A stretch of DNA of 63,963 nucleotides from Eledone cirrhosa (Eukaryota), in contig OZ024741.1 in NCBI GenBank assembly GCA_964016885.1, forward strand, positions 352,718,001 to 352,781,963. The letters run 5' to 3'. Positions 27,763 through 40,260 of this stretch are shown here, piece by piece. Both the position numbers and the translations under genes were made by a program. A model generated the notes under the pieces. The model worked only from the letters and a program-made list of their open reading frames with translations. It made no database searches and was not told the DNA's origin. Numbering within the stretch: the stretch's first letter is position 1; every line of letters starts with the position of its first letter.

Positions 27763-28195
27763 GTTGCTGTAACGATATTTTTTTTGGGAAAAAGTGCTAT
27801 CGCGTCAGACTTCAATGGACCTCGGATCGACCCAAATGCATTTGCTGGCTTGTTTGAACATCAGCATGTCGACCTAATTCCAGAGAAGACATCAGCATAC
27901 TCGAGCTCATGGGAAAGCAAGCGGTTGCAATCAAATAAATATTTCTCAAGGTCTGATCAGTTCAGTGGCAGCAGTGGTATTGGAAGCCGATTCACTGACG
28001 ACGACCAACACATTGGAGATAGCTCCTATGAATCAATTGGCTCCAAGGGTTCTGATGACAACCAGAGCATATGCAGTGATGGAATGCCTTCCACAACATC
28101 TGGAATGCATCACTTTGGAGGCAGCTTGAATTCCTTACAGCAGGCAAAGAGTTTTGACAGTGACATCTACCAGAGCACACCCAGCTTGTATGACG
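27763..28195 (+). CDS. LMO7: Exon of LMO7/LIMCH1-family gene (VAVTIFFLGKSAIASDFNGPRIDPNAFAGL...YD)
   Basis: Long polypyrimidine + ACAG acceptor, G|GTAAAA donor, 433 nt open; start resembles LMO7 VLITLYWLGRKAQSNPYYNGPHLNLKAFENL. Confidence 0.88.
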
Positions 28196-29214
28196 GTAAA
28201 ACTCTATTTGCTTGACCTTTACTTTCACATGACTGTGGTGGTTTCTCCTAAATAAACATTTTTTAATGTATGTATGTATAGAATAGAAATAGAAGCTATG
28301 CCATAATATTGACTATATAATGTAGTCTAATAATGGGGCATATAAACTCACTGAATGGAAAAAGATAGTCATATAATCGAGTGTATAAACCCACTGTTAT
28401 ATAGTCAATGTTACACTGTAGCTTCTATTTCTATTCCAATTCAAACTTCGCTAGCTTCGTTCCAAACTTACTTTGTATGATTGTTTGTATGTATGTTTGT
28501 GTATGTGAGTGACAAACTTCTTCACTACTCATAATTCCATTTTGGTGGAGTAGCAATGGCATGAGGAGAGGGGAGTAGGAAAAAACCACCAAGGGAGGTT
28601 CTATCTGATCATTTAACCTGCTATATATAGCAGCCACATCTCCCAAAGATAAAAGGAAAGACACATTGGATATGGTAGTCTTAGATACACTACACCCCAT
28701 AAAAAGTCAGGATTGTCACACCCAGTATTTTGTTTTTTAAAGGATTTGTTTGGTTTAGTGGAAAGGGATATGCTCTTGGTCTTTGCAGCCCCTCCAATAT
28801 TGATGACATTGATGCAGCTGTTGTTTTTGCATAACTGCAAGGCCATGAGTGCAGGAAAAGCATTGGCACTGGAAGGCGACCCAGAAGGCTAATGTTATGG
28901 GTAGGAAATAGGGATCAAACACAATACTGTTGGCTTTGGAATGTATTCTCCACAAAGGATAGATTTCACGAGGGAAGAACAAAGAAAAAGACACACACGC
29001 ACATGCACACTCTCTGTGATAGAGAAATGGAAAGAAAGAAAAACTCATATTAAATGTTTTTTTTTTCATGAATTCTATCAGAAAATAAGTGTTTTGTGTT
29101 AAAAGGTTTCTTTCTTTTTATTTTTATAAAATGAAGTATTTATTTTGTAATTTTAACTGAAAAACCTATAACACACAAAGAAAAAAACAAAGCAGTAGTT
29201 ATATTTAGAAGGTA

Positions 29215-29596
29215 TTGGATTGGCAGTATCAGTAGAGGGTCGGACGACATGCTTTCCAACATAGTTACGTCCCTTTACGATCTGAGTTCAAATCCCGCCG
29301 AGGTTAACTTTGCCTTTCATCCTTACGGGGTTGATAAAATAAAGTACCAGTAATACACTGGATAATTGCTGGCCTTGTGCCTAAAAAGTAGAAACAATTA
29401 TCACAGGGCGGTGGATTGGCAGTATCGGTAGAGGGTCGAATGCCATGCTTTCCAGCATAATTACGTCCCTTTACGGACTGAGTTCAAATCCCGCCGAGGT
29501 TAACTTTGCCTTTCATCCTTACGGGGTCGATAAAATAAAGTACCAGTAATACACTGGATAATTGCTGGCCTTGTGCCAAAAGTAGAAACAATTATC
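29215..29596 (+). mobile_element. Two tandem young SINE copies (tRNA-like head, Nin/Deu-like core)
   Basis: GGATTGGCAGTATC.GTAGAG head, GAGTTCAAATCCC B-box, GCCTTTCATCCTTACGGGGTCGATAAAATAAAGTACCAG core. Confidence 0.9.
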
Positions 29597-29869
29597 ACAG
29601 AATAGTTAAGTTTATTGCACTATTAATTTGATATTTTGGAAATATTTAATTTCTGAACAGGCATGGCTGTGTGTTTACGATGTTGTTTGCTTTGTAACCA
29701 CATTGTTTTGGAGTCAACCTCACTGTTTGGCACCTTGGGCAAGTCCTTTATACTATAATTTCAGGATGACCAATGCCTTGTGAGAGAAATTGACAGGTGG
29801 AAACGTGTGTGTGTGTATATATATATATATATTTACATATATATAAACTAACAATGATGATGATATATA

Positions 29870-31191
29870 TCATCATCATCATCATCATCAACGTTTAACG
29901 TCCGTGTTCCACGCTTGCATGGGTTTGGACGGGGGTAGTCCCACTTGAGGCAAGAGTGATTGTCTTGCTCGCATAGGACTGTCTGGCAGGTTTTCTACAG
30001 TTGGATGCCCTTCCTAACACCAACCACATTTACAGTGTGGGTCTGGGAGGTTTTTACCGTGTTGCCTACACGGCCACATTACAGCGTGGACTGTGTGTTT
30101 TTTTGTCGTGACACCTACACGATCTCATTTGTTTCGGCCCGGATGGCGCGGCACCAACATAACTTTACATAGGACGGGGTGGTGTGGATGGGGTGGGGGT
30201 GGTGGTGGTGGGACGGGGTGTATTTTGTTAGAGATGCCTACTGGCAAGGCGGGTCTTCTCTGTTACTGAGTACCGCCAAAGGTCTCGGTCCAGTGACATT
30301 GTCTTGGAGAGGTGTAAGTGTGTGAGGTCGGAGTTTATCAGCTCGTCCCAGGTTTTTCTAGGTCTGCCTATTCCGTGGCTACCGTCTATCTTTATTGCCC
30401 TGCACTTTGTTATACAGCTATCGACTTTCATGCGCATCACGTGTCCATACCAACGTAGCCTTCTCTCGAGTAAACAACATCTGATCCCTCTTATCTCTAA
30501 TTTTTTCCTTAGTTCGTTTATGCTTTGCCGTTCACGTATATTACTGTTACACATCCAGCGGAGCATGCAAGCTTCGTTCCTCTCTAGTCTGCGTATATCC
30601 TCTGCACACAATGCCCAGGTCTCACTGCCATGCAACATTGCTGTTCGTATGCAGGCATCGTACAACCTGCCTTTCATTTTTAGGGAGAACCCTTTAGCAG
30701 CTAATAGTGGTATAAGCTCTCTGAACTTTTTCCAACCAGTTCTGACTCTAGCTACAGTACTTTCAGAGCACCCTCCCCCACTGCTGATTTTATCGCCCAG
30801 GTAACGGAAGCTGTCCACTATTTCTATAGAACCCTCTGCGCAATTGAAAGAGCTAGTATTGTGTGGGCACTTGCTGCTACTTATTGCACCAGAACACCGG
30901 CCACATGTAAAATCTATGTTCTTAGTTAGCTTACCTGTGATCCCACTACATCTTTTATGCACCCATACTTTGCATTTAGGACACAAAATGGAGTTTCTAC
31001 CTACGCCTTTCCTACACACCGAGCACGACCATTTCCCAGAAGGGACCGCCGCCTTGTTTTCTTTCCTACAAACTAGAACTTTGGTCTTAGCCAGGTTAAT
31101 TTTAAGTCCTTTTGACTCTAGGCCGTGCTTCCATGTTTGGAATTTCTTCTCTAGCTCGGCCATTGATTCCGCTATGAGTGTCAGGTCGTCT
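29870..31191 (-). mobile_element. 5'-truncated young RTE LINE (ORF 30228-31191: end of RT, PHD finger, C-terminus)
   Basis: Nearly identical to 47341-49146; (GAT)n tail; truncated at the YADD motif. Confidence 0.96.
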
Positions 31192-31352
31192 ATCATCATA
31201 TACATATATATCAGTTCTGTATGAACAAGACATAGTAACCTGACCTAGCATTGCCCACACCAGGACAACTCGTCTAAGCCATGCTAATGTGGAAAATGGA
31301 CATAAAATGGTGATGATGATGATGGTGTGTGTGTGTATATATATATATATAT

Positions 31353-32790
31353 ATCATCATCATTGTCATTTTAATGTCCGCTTTCCCTATTAGCAAGGGT
31401 TGTACGTCATAAGGGTCAGCATGAACCAAATCTGTACTGAAGCAGAGCCACTGATCTCCCAGGCAGGTCAAGGATATGTATCTCGCTTTATGTACGGTTG
31501 ATGCTCCACTGTGTGCACAGGAGAGGTTGTCATGTCTTTGACACAACTGAGGGTCCCGCCTACTTTTATATTCTATGGCTGGATGGCCTTCCTATCACCG
31601 ACCACTTTACAGCATGCACTGGGTGCATTTATCATGTAGATCACCAACACTAGGGAGGCTGTAGTGTCCTTGACATAGCTGAAGAGTCCTCCCAACCCTT
31701 CATTCGTTTAGCCCCCACTGTTGAATGCCCTTCCCATCACCAACTGCTTCACAGGAGGGGGAACTGCTGGGAAGGGTGCTTGAGTGGTAGGGTTGAAGTA
31801 GTGATGTTGATTTTAACTGTTGGGAAGTGCTAGTGGAGATGGGGGTATGGGGATAAATCAGGTCACATTGTATGTTGCAGGTTAGGCCTTCCTACTTACT
31901 TGTACTTGTGTTGACATTCACCCTGGACGGGTTGAGCTGGCTTCTTCCCTTGTCCTGACGGCATCCTGAACCATGGCAGCCCATGCATGACGGTCCCGGG
32001 CTAGGTCACTGGAGATAGCGAGCCAGTCACGGTTCCATCGCCGCAGGCCGACCACCTGCGGACCTAAGAGTTCGGAGAGGTCCTCCTTGATCGTTGTTGC
32101 CCAGGTCGTCAGCTGCCTGCCAACGTGCTTGCGCCAGTTAGGGAGTGGAGGTGGGAGGAGAACATCGCGGATCAGCTCACCCTCAGGGCACCGGGCCACG
32201 TGACCAAACCATCTCAAGCGCCGTTGCAGAAGCACTGAAGGAAGGGGTTGAAGATTCAGGCGAAGACGAAGACTGGCGGTAGGTACCCGATCAACGCTTC
32301 GGCAGCGAAGAATGCGGTGGAGACAGTCATTGTCGAAGACCTCCAGCCCTCGTTGATTGACTACCCTCATAGGCCATGTTTCACAGCCATAGAGGAGGAT
32401 AGTGCGAATGACGGCCTGGTAGATTCTCCCTTTGGTCGCCTAGGTGATCTCTCTTCTGTCCCACAGAGACCACTGGAGGCGCCCAAAAGCGGATCTGGCA
32501 GCACCTATGCGACGCTTGACATCAGCTGCACCCTGTCCCGTTGGAACCACTGTTGAGCCCAGGTAAACGAAGGACTCCACATCCCCCAGGTCCACGCCCT
32601 TGAGAGATATTGGCTGCCAGGCATCAGGCGAGACCAGTGACCTTCGACTTGGCGGCATTGATTCGTAGACCAACAGCGGCGGCTGCAGTGTGCACCATTC
32701 TGAGAACACCCTGTACATCTGTCCCGTTAGCGCCCATCAGCTCGATGTCATCCGCGTAGGCCAGGTCCGTCACCATGACCTCCCATCCAG
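31353..32790 (-). mobile_element. 5'-truncated RTE-clade LINE of a second family (frameshifted)
   Basis: DLAYADDIEL, VESFVYLGS, RRIGAARSAF, RRLRWFGHVAR motifs; GC-rich; 3' UTR ending in (GAT)n at ~31353; no PHD finger. Confidence 0.85.
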
Positions 32791-33112
32791 CTGTAGAAAT
32801 CAAGTCAGAATCAGTTCCCGTATGAGCAAGACAAGGTCAGCCGACCGGACACTGCCCACAACAGGACACCCCATCTAACCCATGCTAGCGTGGAAGAACA
32901 GACGTAAAACGGTGATGATGATGATATATATACTTATATGATGATGATGATGATGATGATATACTTTGGGAGTGTCATGCTGCCAATAAAAGCTCACATA
33001 CCTGGTGCATGTGATTTTTATTGGCTGTATGACCTTTCCAAAGTATAACAATATCTATTTCAACACACAAAAACCATATGTTGGTTTTTGTGTGTATATA
33101 TATATATATATC

Positions 33113-33300
33113 GGTGGATTGGCAGTATCGGTAGAAGGTCAGGCGACATGCTTTGATGCATAGAGTTACGGCCCTTGCCATTCTGAGTTCAAATCCCGCC
33201 GAGGTTAACCTTGCCTTTCATCCTTACAGGTCCGATAAAATAAAGTACCAGTAATGCACTGGGTAATTGTGGCCTTGTGCCAAAAGTAGAAACAATTATT
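33113..33300 (+). mobile_element. SINE copy
   Basis: Near-identical to 15414-15593 (reverse) and 29410-29596. Confidence 0.9.
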
Positions 33301-34096
33301 ACCATTTAATGTCTATTTGCCATGCTTCCATGAGTTAGACAGGTTGTCGCATTCTAAGGTTAGATAAGTCAAGTGGTTGAATCATGTTCATACTTTCCAT
33401 TTTGGCTTGGTTTCTAGGGCTGGATACCCTTCCTAATGTTAATTACTTTACAGTGTGTACTAGGAACATTTTATTGTGACTTCAGCACTACCACCTTACA
33501 GAGTGGACTGGGTGCTTTTTTTGTGGATCCTCTGTGTGTGTGTGTATGGGACAGGTATATCCTAAGTAAGTATGCCAGCTCTGCACCAGAATCTCTGGGG
33601 TTATTTTAATTTCTGATTCTAAATTTCAATTTTTTGTTTTTTATATTGGTAAAATATGAGATGGTGTAATAGAAGAGTTTTCTGGGAGGAGGAGAGGACT
33701 TGGTTTTCTATGTGGGTATTATGTTTTGTAATTTTTAATATCATTTTGGTGTTGGTTTGGGGAATGATGCACACACATACACACATGCTCACACAGACAG
33801 ACTCGCATATATATAGGAAACGAGTCAGGACCCTCCGACGGCAGAGCTCAAGCCATTTCGACGGCTATTTCTGTATTATTATGTATATGTGTGTATGTAT
33901 ATAGATTTTCATCATTGTTTTTTTGTCTGTTTTCCCTGCTAGCATGGGTTGATTATGTTGTCATAGACTGGTCAGTACTCAAACAGAGCTACTGACCTTT
34001 CAGATAGGCAGGGACATACATCTCACTTACATAGGTTCCCATACCTTATCAATTGCATTATTTATGTCCATTTTCCCTGTTAGCAAGGGTTGGACA

Positions 34097-34439
34097 TAGA
34101 GGGTACCCTCGGCATTCGCAGTCCTGGAATTTGTGGTCCCGGTCATTCACAGAATTTTTCTTAGAACCAAACTAATAAATATTCGTGGAAACCACCGCAT
34201 ATTTGCGGAATCATAAATATCTTCTGCAAATTTTTATTGGCTTTTTTGGTGGTAATATATATTTTTTCACGCTTTTTAACAGTAAATTATTATTAACAAT
34301 ATACTGTATTTGCTGGCCTTTATTTTACATTGTTTTGACGTTTATAGGCATTTTTATGCACCACATCCAATACTTGCAGTTTTTCACTCTTCACTGGTGC
34401 TCTAGGAAGGTAACCCCCATGAATACTGGGGGACAACTG
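34097..34439. mobile_element. Tigger/pogo-like MITE
   Basis: Imperfect TIRs (AGAGGGTACCCTCGGCATTCGC / GAATACTGGGGGACAACTG) around an AT-rich core. Confidence 0.55.
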
Positions 34440-35049
34440 CATATTAATATTAACAGAGCATAAAAAAGGTAGAAATAACTACTACTCACAGAATATTGGT
34501 TCTTCAGGGGATGTTACCCATGGTATGTTCTTGTTTCTGTGGGTCCTCTTATATGGATGGGAAGTAGGCTGGTTGTTCTTTTCTTCACAGGAAGATCTAT
34601 TTAAATTTATTTTATGGAACTAAAATTAATACTCTCAAATATCACAACTTCACCCTCAGTTAATGTAATGTATTAAAAAACTGTGAAGGCACATGGCTTA
34701 AAGTGTTTGTCTCATGATCATATGGTTGTGAGTTCAATTCCTGGCAGATACTTTATTTCACTTTATTGAGTATGACACTTTATTTCACATTACTCCAGTC
34801 CTATCTGCTGTCAAAAATGAGTTTTACCTGTAATTAAAAGGGCCAATCTTGTCACACATTGTGTTATGCTGAATCTCTCTGAGAATTATGTTAAGGGTGC
34901 ATATATCTGTGGAATTCTCAACTGCCTTTTCTGTTGATTGAATTAACTGGAACACTCATTGTTGGAACCGATGTAGTTCAACACACATTCGAAAGGTATT
35001 AAAAGGTATTAAAGTTATGAATTTTTTTAGAGAAGTTATAAAACTTATA

Positions 35050-35380
35050 GGGTGGCAAATTGACAGAATCATTAGAACGTTGGATAGAATGCTTTATGGC
35101 AGTCATTCAGGCTCTCTGCTCTTGGAGTTCAAATCCCACTGAGGTCAACTTTCCCTTTCCTCCTTTCAAGGTCGAAAAAAAGTACCAGTCTAGGACTGGG
35201 GTCGATTCTTCCTCTATATCTCTAATTTCCTCTCTCTCACTTTCTATCTTTCTCTGGAAGAAATCTGCTTTACTCAGGCCTGGAGAGGGATGGGCTCCGC
35301 CAAGCTTAAAATGCCTAAGAAATGCTGTAGTCAATACGGCGCCCCTAGGACTTTAGCAGGAGTTACAGGACCATACATAT
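35050..35380 (+). mobile_element. SINE with alternative 3' tail ending GGACCA(TACA)n
   Basis: Collinear with 24318-24640 (reverse). Confidence 0.78.
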
Positions 35381-35854
35381 AAAACTTATAGAGCATTTGC
35401 ATACATACACATGCTAATACTGGGCTTACCAACAAGGTTTTCATATGTACAGATTCTTTGATTTTCATGTTTCTCTGTTATGGTTTTCTATTAATTATGG
35501 TAATTTATGTTATAGATACAGTTCTTATGTTCTTTAGTTAATTTTGGATAGGCATAACTTCAATGAGAAAAGTGAGGAATCTGTGAAATGTGTTACTTTT
35601 TAACATGGTTATGATTTTATGTTGAATTTGGTTTGTGTTTGATTGTGGGTCTTATATGATAGACTAGGTATTTTTTATTCAGATTACATTTCTGGTAACT
35701 CATTTCTTCTGTATAAGTTGATACATTGGTGCAGATTCCTTTTATTATAGGTAATTTATGATCCCTTTCTTTAACCATTTCATTACCTATGATTTTCAAA
35801 TAATTTTGAAAATGAATATATTTTGGAGGGATTTAGTAATATAACTAACTTTCT

Positions 35855-36032
35855 GGATTGGCAGTATCAGAGAGCGTCGGACACCATGCTTTGCGGCATA
35901 GTCCTTTACATTCTGAGTTAAAATCCCGCTGAGGTTAACTTTGCCTTACATCCTTACGGGGTTGGTAAAATAAAGCACCAGTAATGCACTGGGGAAATTG
36001 CTGGCCGTGTGCCAAAAGTAGAAACAATTATT
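35855..36032 (+). mobile_element. SINE copy
   Basis: Same head, core and tail as 29215-29596. Confidence 0.85.
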
Positions 36033-36267
36033 AACTGTTTAGAAAATAGCTTAACATGAAACCATGATGGAAGGTTTTTAGATAAATATGAAAACTTTAA
36101 AATAAACAGCTGTGCATCATAAAATAAGTGGTAGTTTCAGGCAGATTGATATTGAAAGGGTTAATATTGTAAGGCTGGTGAGACATTGTTTAAGTAAAGT
36201 CCTGTCGGCTTTGATGTTCCTCTATCTTTGCTACTGTTTATCACCAAACTATTGTCTATTCTTGCAG

Positions 36268-36536
36268 ATATCAGAAAGTCTCCGGCATCAACTGATAGTG
36301 CTGACGCCATGTCTAACAGTAGCCACTCACGGCAGTCATCTGGCAGTGTGGAGGGCTCCTCACAGCGGAAACCATTGCAAAAGGGAACAGCTGTAGTTGC
36401 CACTGATCCACTTCAGTTCATCAAACCAAAATCAAATCCTTTATTAGAGACAGCACAGAAGCAAATATCGCTGACCGAGAAGAACAAGGTAGTTCGTACC
36501 AGTATTTCTTTGGACACTGAAGAAGACTGGCACCAG
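36268..36536 (+). CDS. LMO7: Exon of LMO7/LIMCH1-family gene (DIRKSP...DPLQFIKPK...EEDWHQ)
   Basis: TTGCAG acceptor, CAG|GTAAGT donor; phase 1 start matches the previous exon; 269 nt open. Confidence 0.88.
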
Positions 36537-36599
36537 GTAAGTTAAGAATAGATGTGGAAATACCTTTCCAGGATCCAGAATTGAAATGTGTGTTATAGA

Positions 36600-36810
36600 G
36601 TCATTAATACTGTGCCTAAGAATAGCTAAATTTCCAAATTGATAATGGAATTTTCTACCAAGTGGATGGGATGGTTATGGATTCAACATTATAACCAGTA
36701 GTAGTAAAACATCTATATGGAGTATTTTGAAGACTTAGTTCTAGAAAGTACATCACTAAAAACTGAAGCTTGGTCAAGGTATGTGGATGACGCCTTTGTA
36801 CTCTGACAAT
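36600..36810 (+). mobile_element. Decayed Penelope-like RT fragment (Penelope/Poseidon-type)
   Basis: Translates FYQVDGMVMDSTL*PVVV/NIYMEYFEDLVLESTSLKTEAWSRYVDDAFVL, matching PLE GxxMGSxLSPxxANIYMExFE...WxRYVDDxF. Confidence 0.75.
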
Positions 36811-37506
36811 ATGTACTCTGACAATACCAAGAGGATATTCTTGTGTGTGGTAGAGTGTAGAAATTCTGGAAAGAACTTACAGCACTCCCTTACGCACCTT
36901 TTCCATTTAATACTTCTTACTCGTTGTTTTGAGCATCAGTGAATACAAACAACCTATGGTGAGGACTTCTTTTTTTTTTCTCAAGGGTTTTAGTCAATTC
37001 ATATATGACTGTTAATAATTTTATCAACTTTGGATGGAATAAAGGCAGAACTTAAAGGAGTCTAACCAAATAGCACAAGGCATTTGACACCCAACACCAA
37101 TGTTATATATATTCTAATAAAGGGAATGTGTGTATGTGAACAGAGTGCTCTCCAGTCATGATACAGACAACATCTCTATTGTTGGTAGCATGGTAAAATA
37201 TACTCAGACCATGCTGTAAAATCGCTCATAATTGAAGGACATCTAGCCAAAAAAACAGAACAAAACAAAAATAAAATGACATTCACAGTCACAAAGATTG
37301 GCATTTTTTCTGTGTTGTTGTATATGCCAGATGATGATGTTCCAAGGTAAATGGTGAGATATTGTGAGACCTGTCCAACCAATGCTAATATAGAAAAAAA
37401 AGATATAAAATGATGATTAAGATATATAGGTAATTAGTCTGTTCCTCTATCAATTTTGCCAGTGAATTCAATGTGTTAAATATTAATTTCTTCATATTGC
37501 TTACAG

Positions 37507-37628
37507 AACTTAAATTCTTGGAAGTCAAAAAGACAGATTAGGAAGTCTGTTTCAACAAATGATGAACCAGAGGATACACAGGTTACTAAACGAGCTTCGA
37601 AGACTTTTAAGGAAATAGTTGAAGAAAG
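37507..37628 (+). CDS. LMO7: Exon of LMO7/LIMCH1-family gene (NLNSWKSKRQIRKS...RASKTFKEIVEER)
   Basis: TTACAG acceptor, AG|GTAAAT donor; in phase; resembles LMO7 WQDDLAKWKDRRKS...RSKTFKEM (DUF4757 region). Confidence 0.9.
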
Positions 37629-39029
37629 GTAAATGTTACCTTCAGTTGTTACTATTTTTTTCTCTTAATTTTGTTTTATATGCTCTAGAGTGCTGTTAAA
37701 GACACCCAAATTATAGGATCCATGTGGTGATAAACTGGGTAACAGATTAAGTCTGTCACAAGAACAGGTATAGTCCAGTCTCTTCCATGGGCTTCTACAC
37801 AGTTTTTGTCTACCAAATTACACTTTTAAGACCTCCAAGGCTAAGGTAGAAGACATGCACATGCTGCACAGTGGCATGACACTTGAAACCATATATTGGT
37901 TTGATATCTGGAGTGTTTTTTGTTACAGCTCACACTTGCATAAGGGAGAGAGAGAATTGATCCCAGTACTGAATTGCTATATTATTTATTGACCTCAAAA
38001 GGAAGGAAGTCAAAATTGACACCAGCGTGATTTGAACAATGAGCTTAAACAAATACTGAAGCATTTTTAATCTGATGCCTTTACGTGTCTGCAAATTTGC
38101 TGCATTGGTGGGGGTGTATACTTGACCTTTTATAGGATGGTCTTCTCAGCATAGGATCTCTCCATTTGCCGCATTTCTTCGACATCTCCTCTGTGAGTCT
38201 CAACGATTTGAGATCAGCTCTCACCACTTATGTCCAGGTCTTTCTTGGTCTACCTCTACTGTAGCTTCCTTTCACTGGCACTTCTTCACCCATCAGGATT
38301 GATAAATAATACACCAGCCCAGTGTATTAGGGAGATTTTTAAAGCATTGAATTGGATGCTGTGTATATTCTAAGCTCAAATCCCAACATGATTGAACTGA
38401 AGCTCTTAACATCAAAACACCCGGAAAAACTCCCTATAAGATGCAACCTCATAGGAGGCTAGCTAAACTCGTGCAGGTGTGAGCTGTAACATTAATAACA
38501 AAAAACACTCCATATATCAAACCACCAAAGAATTACTTGCTACTGTTTTTATCACTTTTGATTGCTTGCCTACTTGATTGATTTGAGTGTCTATTGTTCT
38601 GGTATCACAGAAACTACTGACTTATCAAAGATTGTGTGGAAAACACTTTTTAATGTTCGTTATTTTGTTTTATTTTTACCTGTTAGCAAATAATTTGTAA
38701 ACAGTATGTCATATGCTCAATATATGAGATTGGCTATCTGTGGATTAGATTTCAATAAAAGAGGAAATCTTCTCAGGATTAAGAAGGCAAAGAAACAGCA
38801 ACAAAGAAACTAATAAATAAATAAAAACAAAATATATATATATATAAAAAGCTTTCATGCACATAGTTACATAGCAACATAATTCTTTCAGACATTGGGA
38901 GTGTTAATACATAGCTATAGAAAATACTTTTTAATATTAACAACATATTGTAGGAGCTGGTGCAGTAATGCGCCAGCTTCAGCATACAGTAATCAGAAGG
39001 AAGGAAGGTGACTGAAAATATGTGATCAC

Positions 39030-39420
39030 AAATATAAGTGGCCAGAATGAGGTTAATCCAAAGGGTCTTTGGAGTAACATTACTCAATAGAGTGCATAGC
39101 TCGAAGATCAGAGAGTCACTCCAGGTAGAACTGCTACTTCTCAAAATTGAGAGATCACTGCTCCGATACTATAAGCATGTGGTTAGAATGTGTCAGGAAA
39201 GAATTGCTGGACAGATTTTACAGGCAATACCAATCGGCAGGTGGCCCAGAAGTAGACCCCAAGCAAGATAGTTGGATTACATTGATGAGCTTGGCTGGTC
39301 ATGCTTTGGGATCCAACTGGATCAGTTGGAGAGGGTTGCTTCTGACAGGACCTGCTGGAAGTAGTGTTTGAGGACTCTGCTCTCATGACCCTCTCAGGAA
39401 TAAGTGGGCGAAGAATAAGT
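39030..39420 (+). mobile_element. Decayed RTE-clade LINE 3' fragment (third family)
   Basis: RMRLIQRVFGVTLLNRVHSSKIRESLQVE...IERSLLRYYKHVVRM...GRWPRSRP, typical RTE C-terminus. Confidence 0.75.
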
Positions 39421-39684
39421 AGGATATTTTGTCTGAATTTCTGAGATGAAGAATTATCATTATTAATGTATGAATACTGCACAGAAACCTTTAATTAATA
39501 TAGAAAGAACATTAAGCTTAAGATAATAAAAAAAATATATGTTAGGTTTAAAGATCCTAATTTCCATCATCTAGTTGCCTTACTAGACAGTAGCACGATC
39601 AATATAAGCATTGGTTAAGAGTCAAAAGTGGTAATTTATCTACTGGTCCTGAGTTCAGGTTAGTGTATCTCTATATACACAAGT

Positions 39685-39948
39685 TTAACCATTTTGTTAC
39701 CATATTACTAATGAAAGACACAACATAAGATTTTCAAATAATTTTTAAAATAACCATTAATTTGGAAGAATTTATTAAGTTGCTGTTTGAAACATAACTT
39801 AATAATGGTTCTTACATAAAATGATGAGCAAAGGTTTTTAGACAAATATAAATACTTTAAAATAAACAGTTTTGTATTATAGAACCAGGGATGGTTTTAG
39901 GTAGTTTTGTATATATATATATATATATATATTAAAAAAAAGGGTTAA
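39685..39948. mobile_element. piggyBac-like MITE (related AT-rich copies at ~10220, 12752, 16040, 16880-17104, 43558)
   Basis: TTAACCATTTTG...AAAAGGGTTAA ends. Confidence 0.55.
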
Positions 39949-40260
39949 GTGGAATGAACAAGTAACATCACAATTAACTAACAATTAAAATGAGGTTATC
40001 CTAGTCATGGAAAACAGAATGAGATCAACCTAGTTTGAATAAAGGCTTCAGTTTCAAATTTTGAGAACATTACCAAATATGGCAAATACCTGAAGAAAGG
40101 TACAATGGCCAAAATGTTGTGACACCATGCTGAGGACACTAGTTTAACTATATCAGTGTATAATAATGATTTTTAATTGAGGCATGGGCCAACAACTTGT
40201 AGGGAGGGGAAAGTTGATTACATCGAACCCTTGTATCAGTGTATAAATATTACCATGTAT

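Noticed and set aside
30304-31224. Antisense ORFs over the RTE and PLE coding regions
   Set aside because: Shadow ORFs that recur only because the elements themselves are repeated
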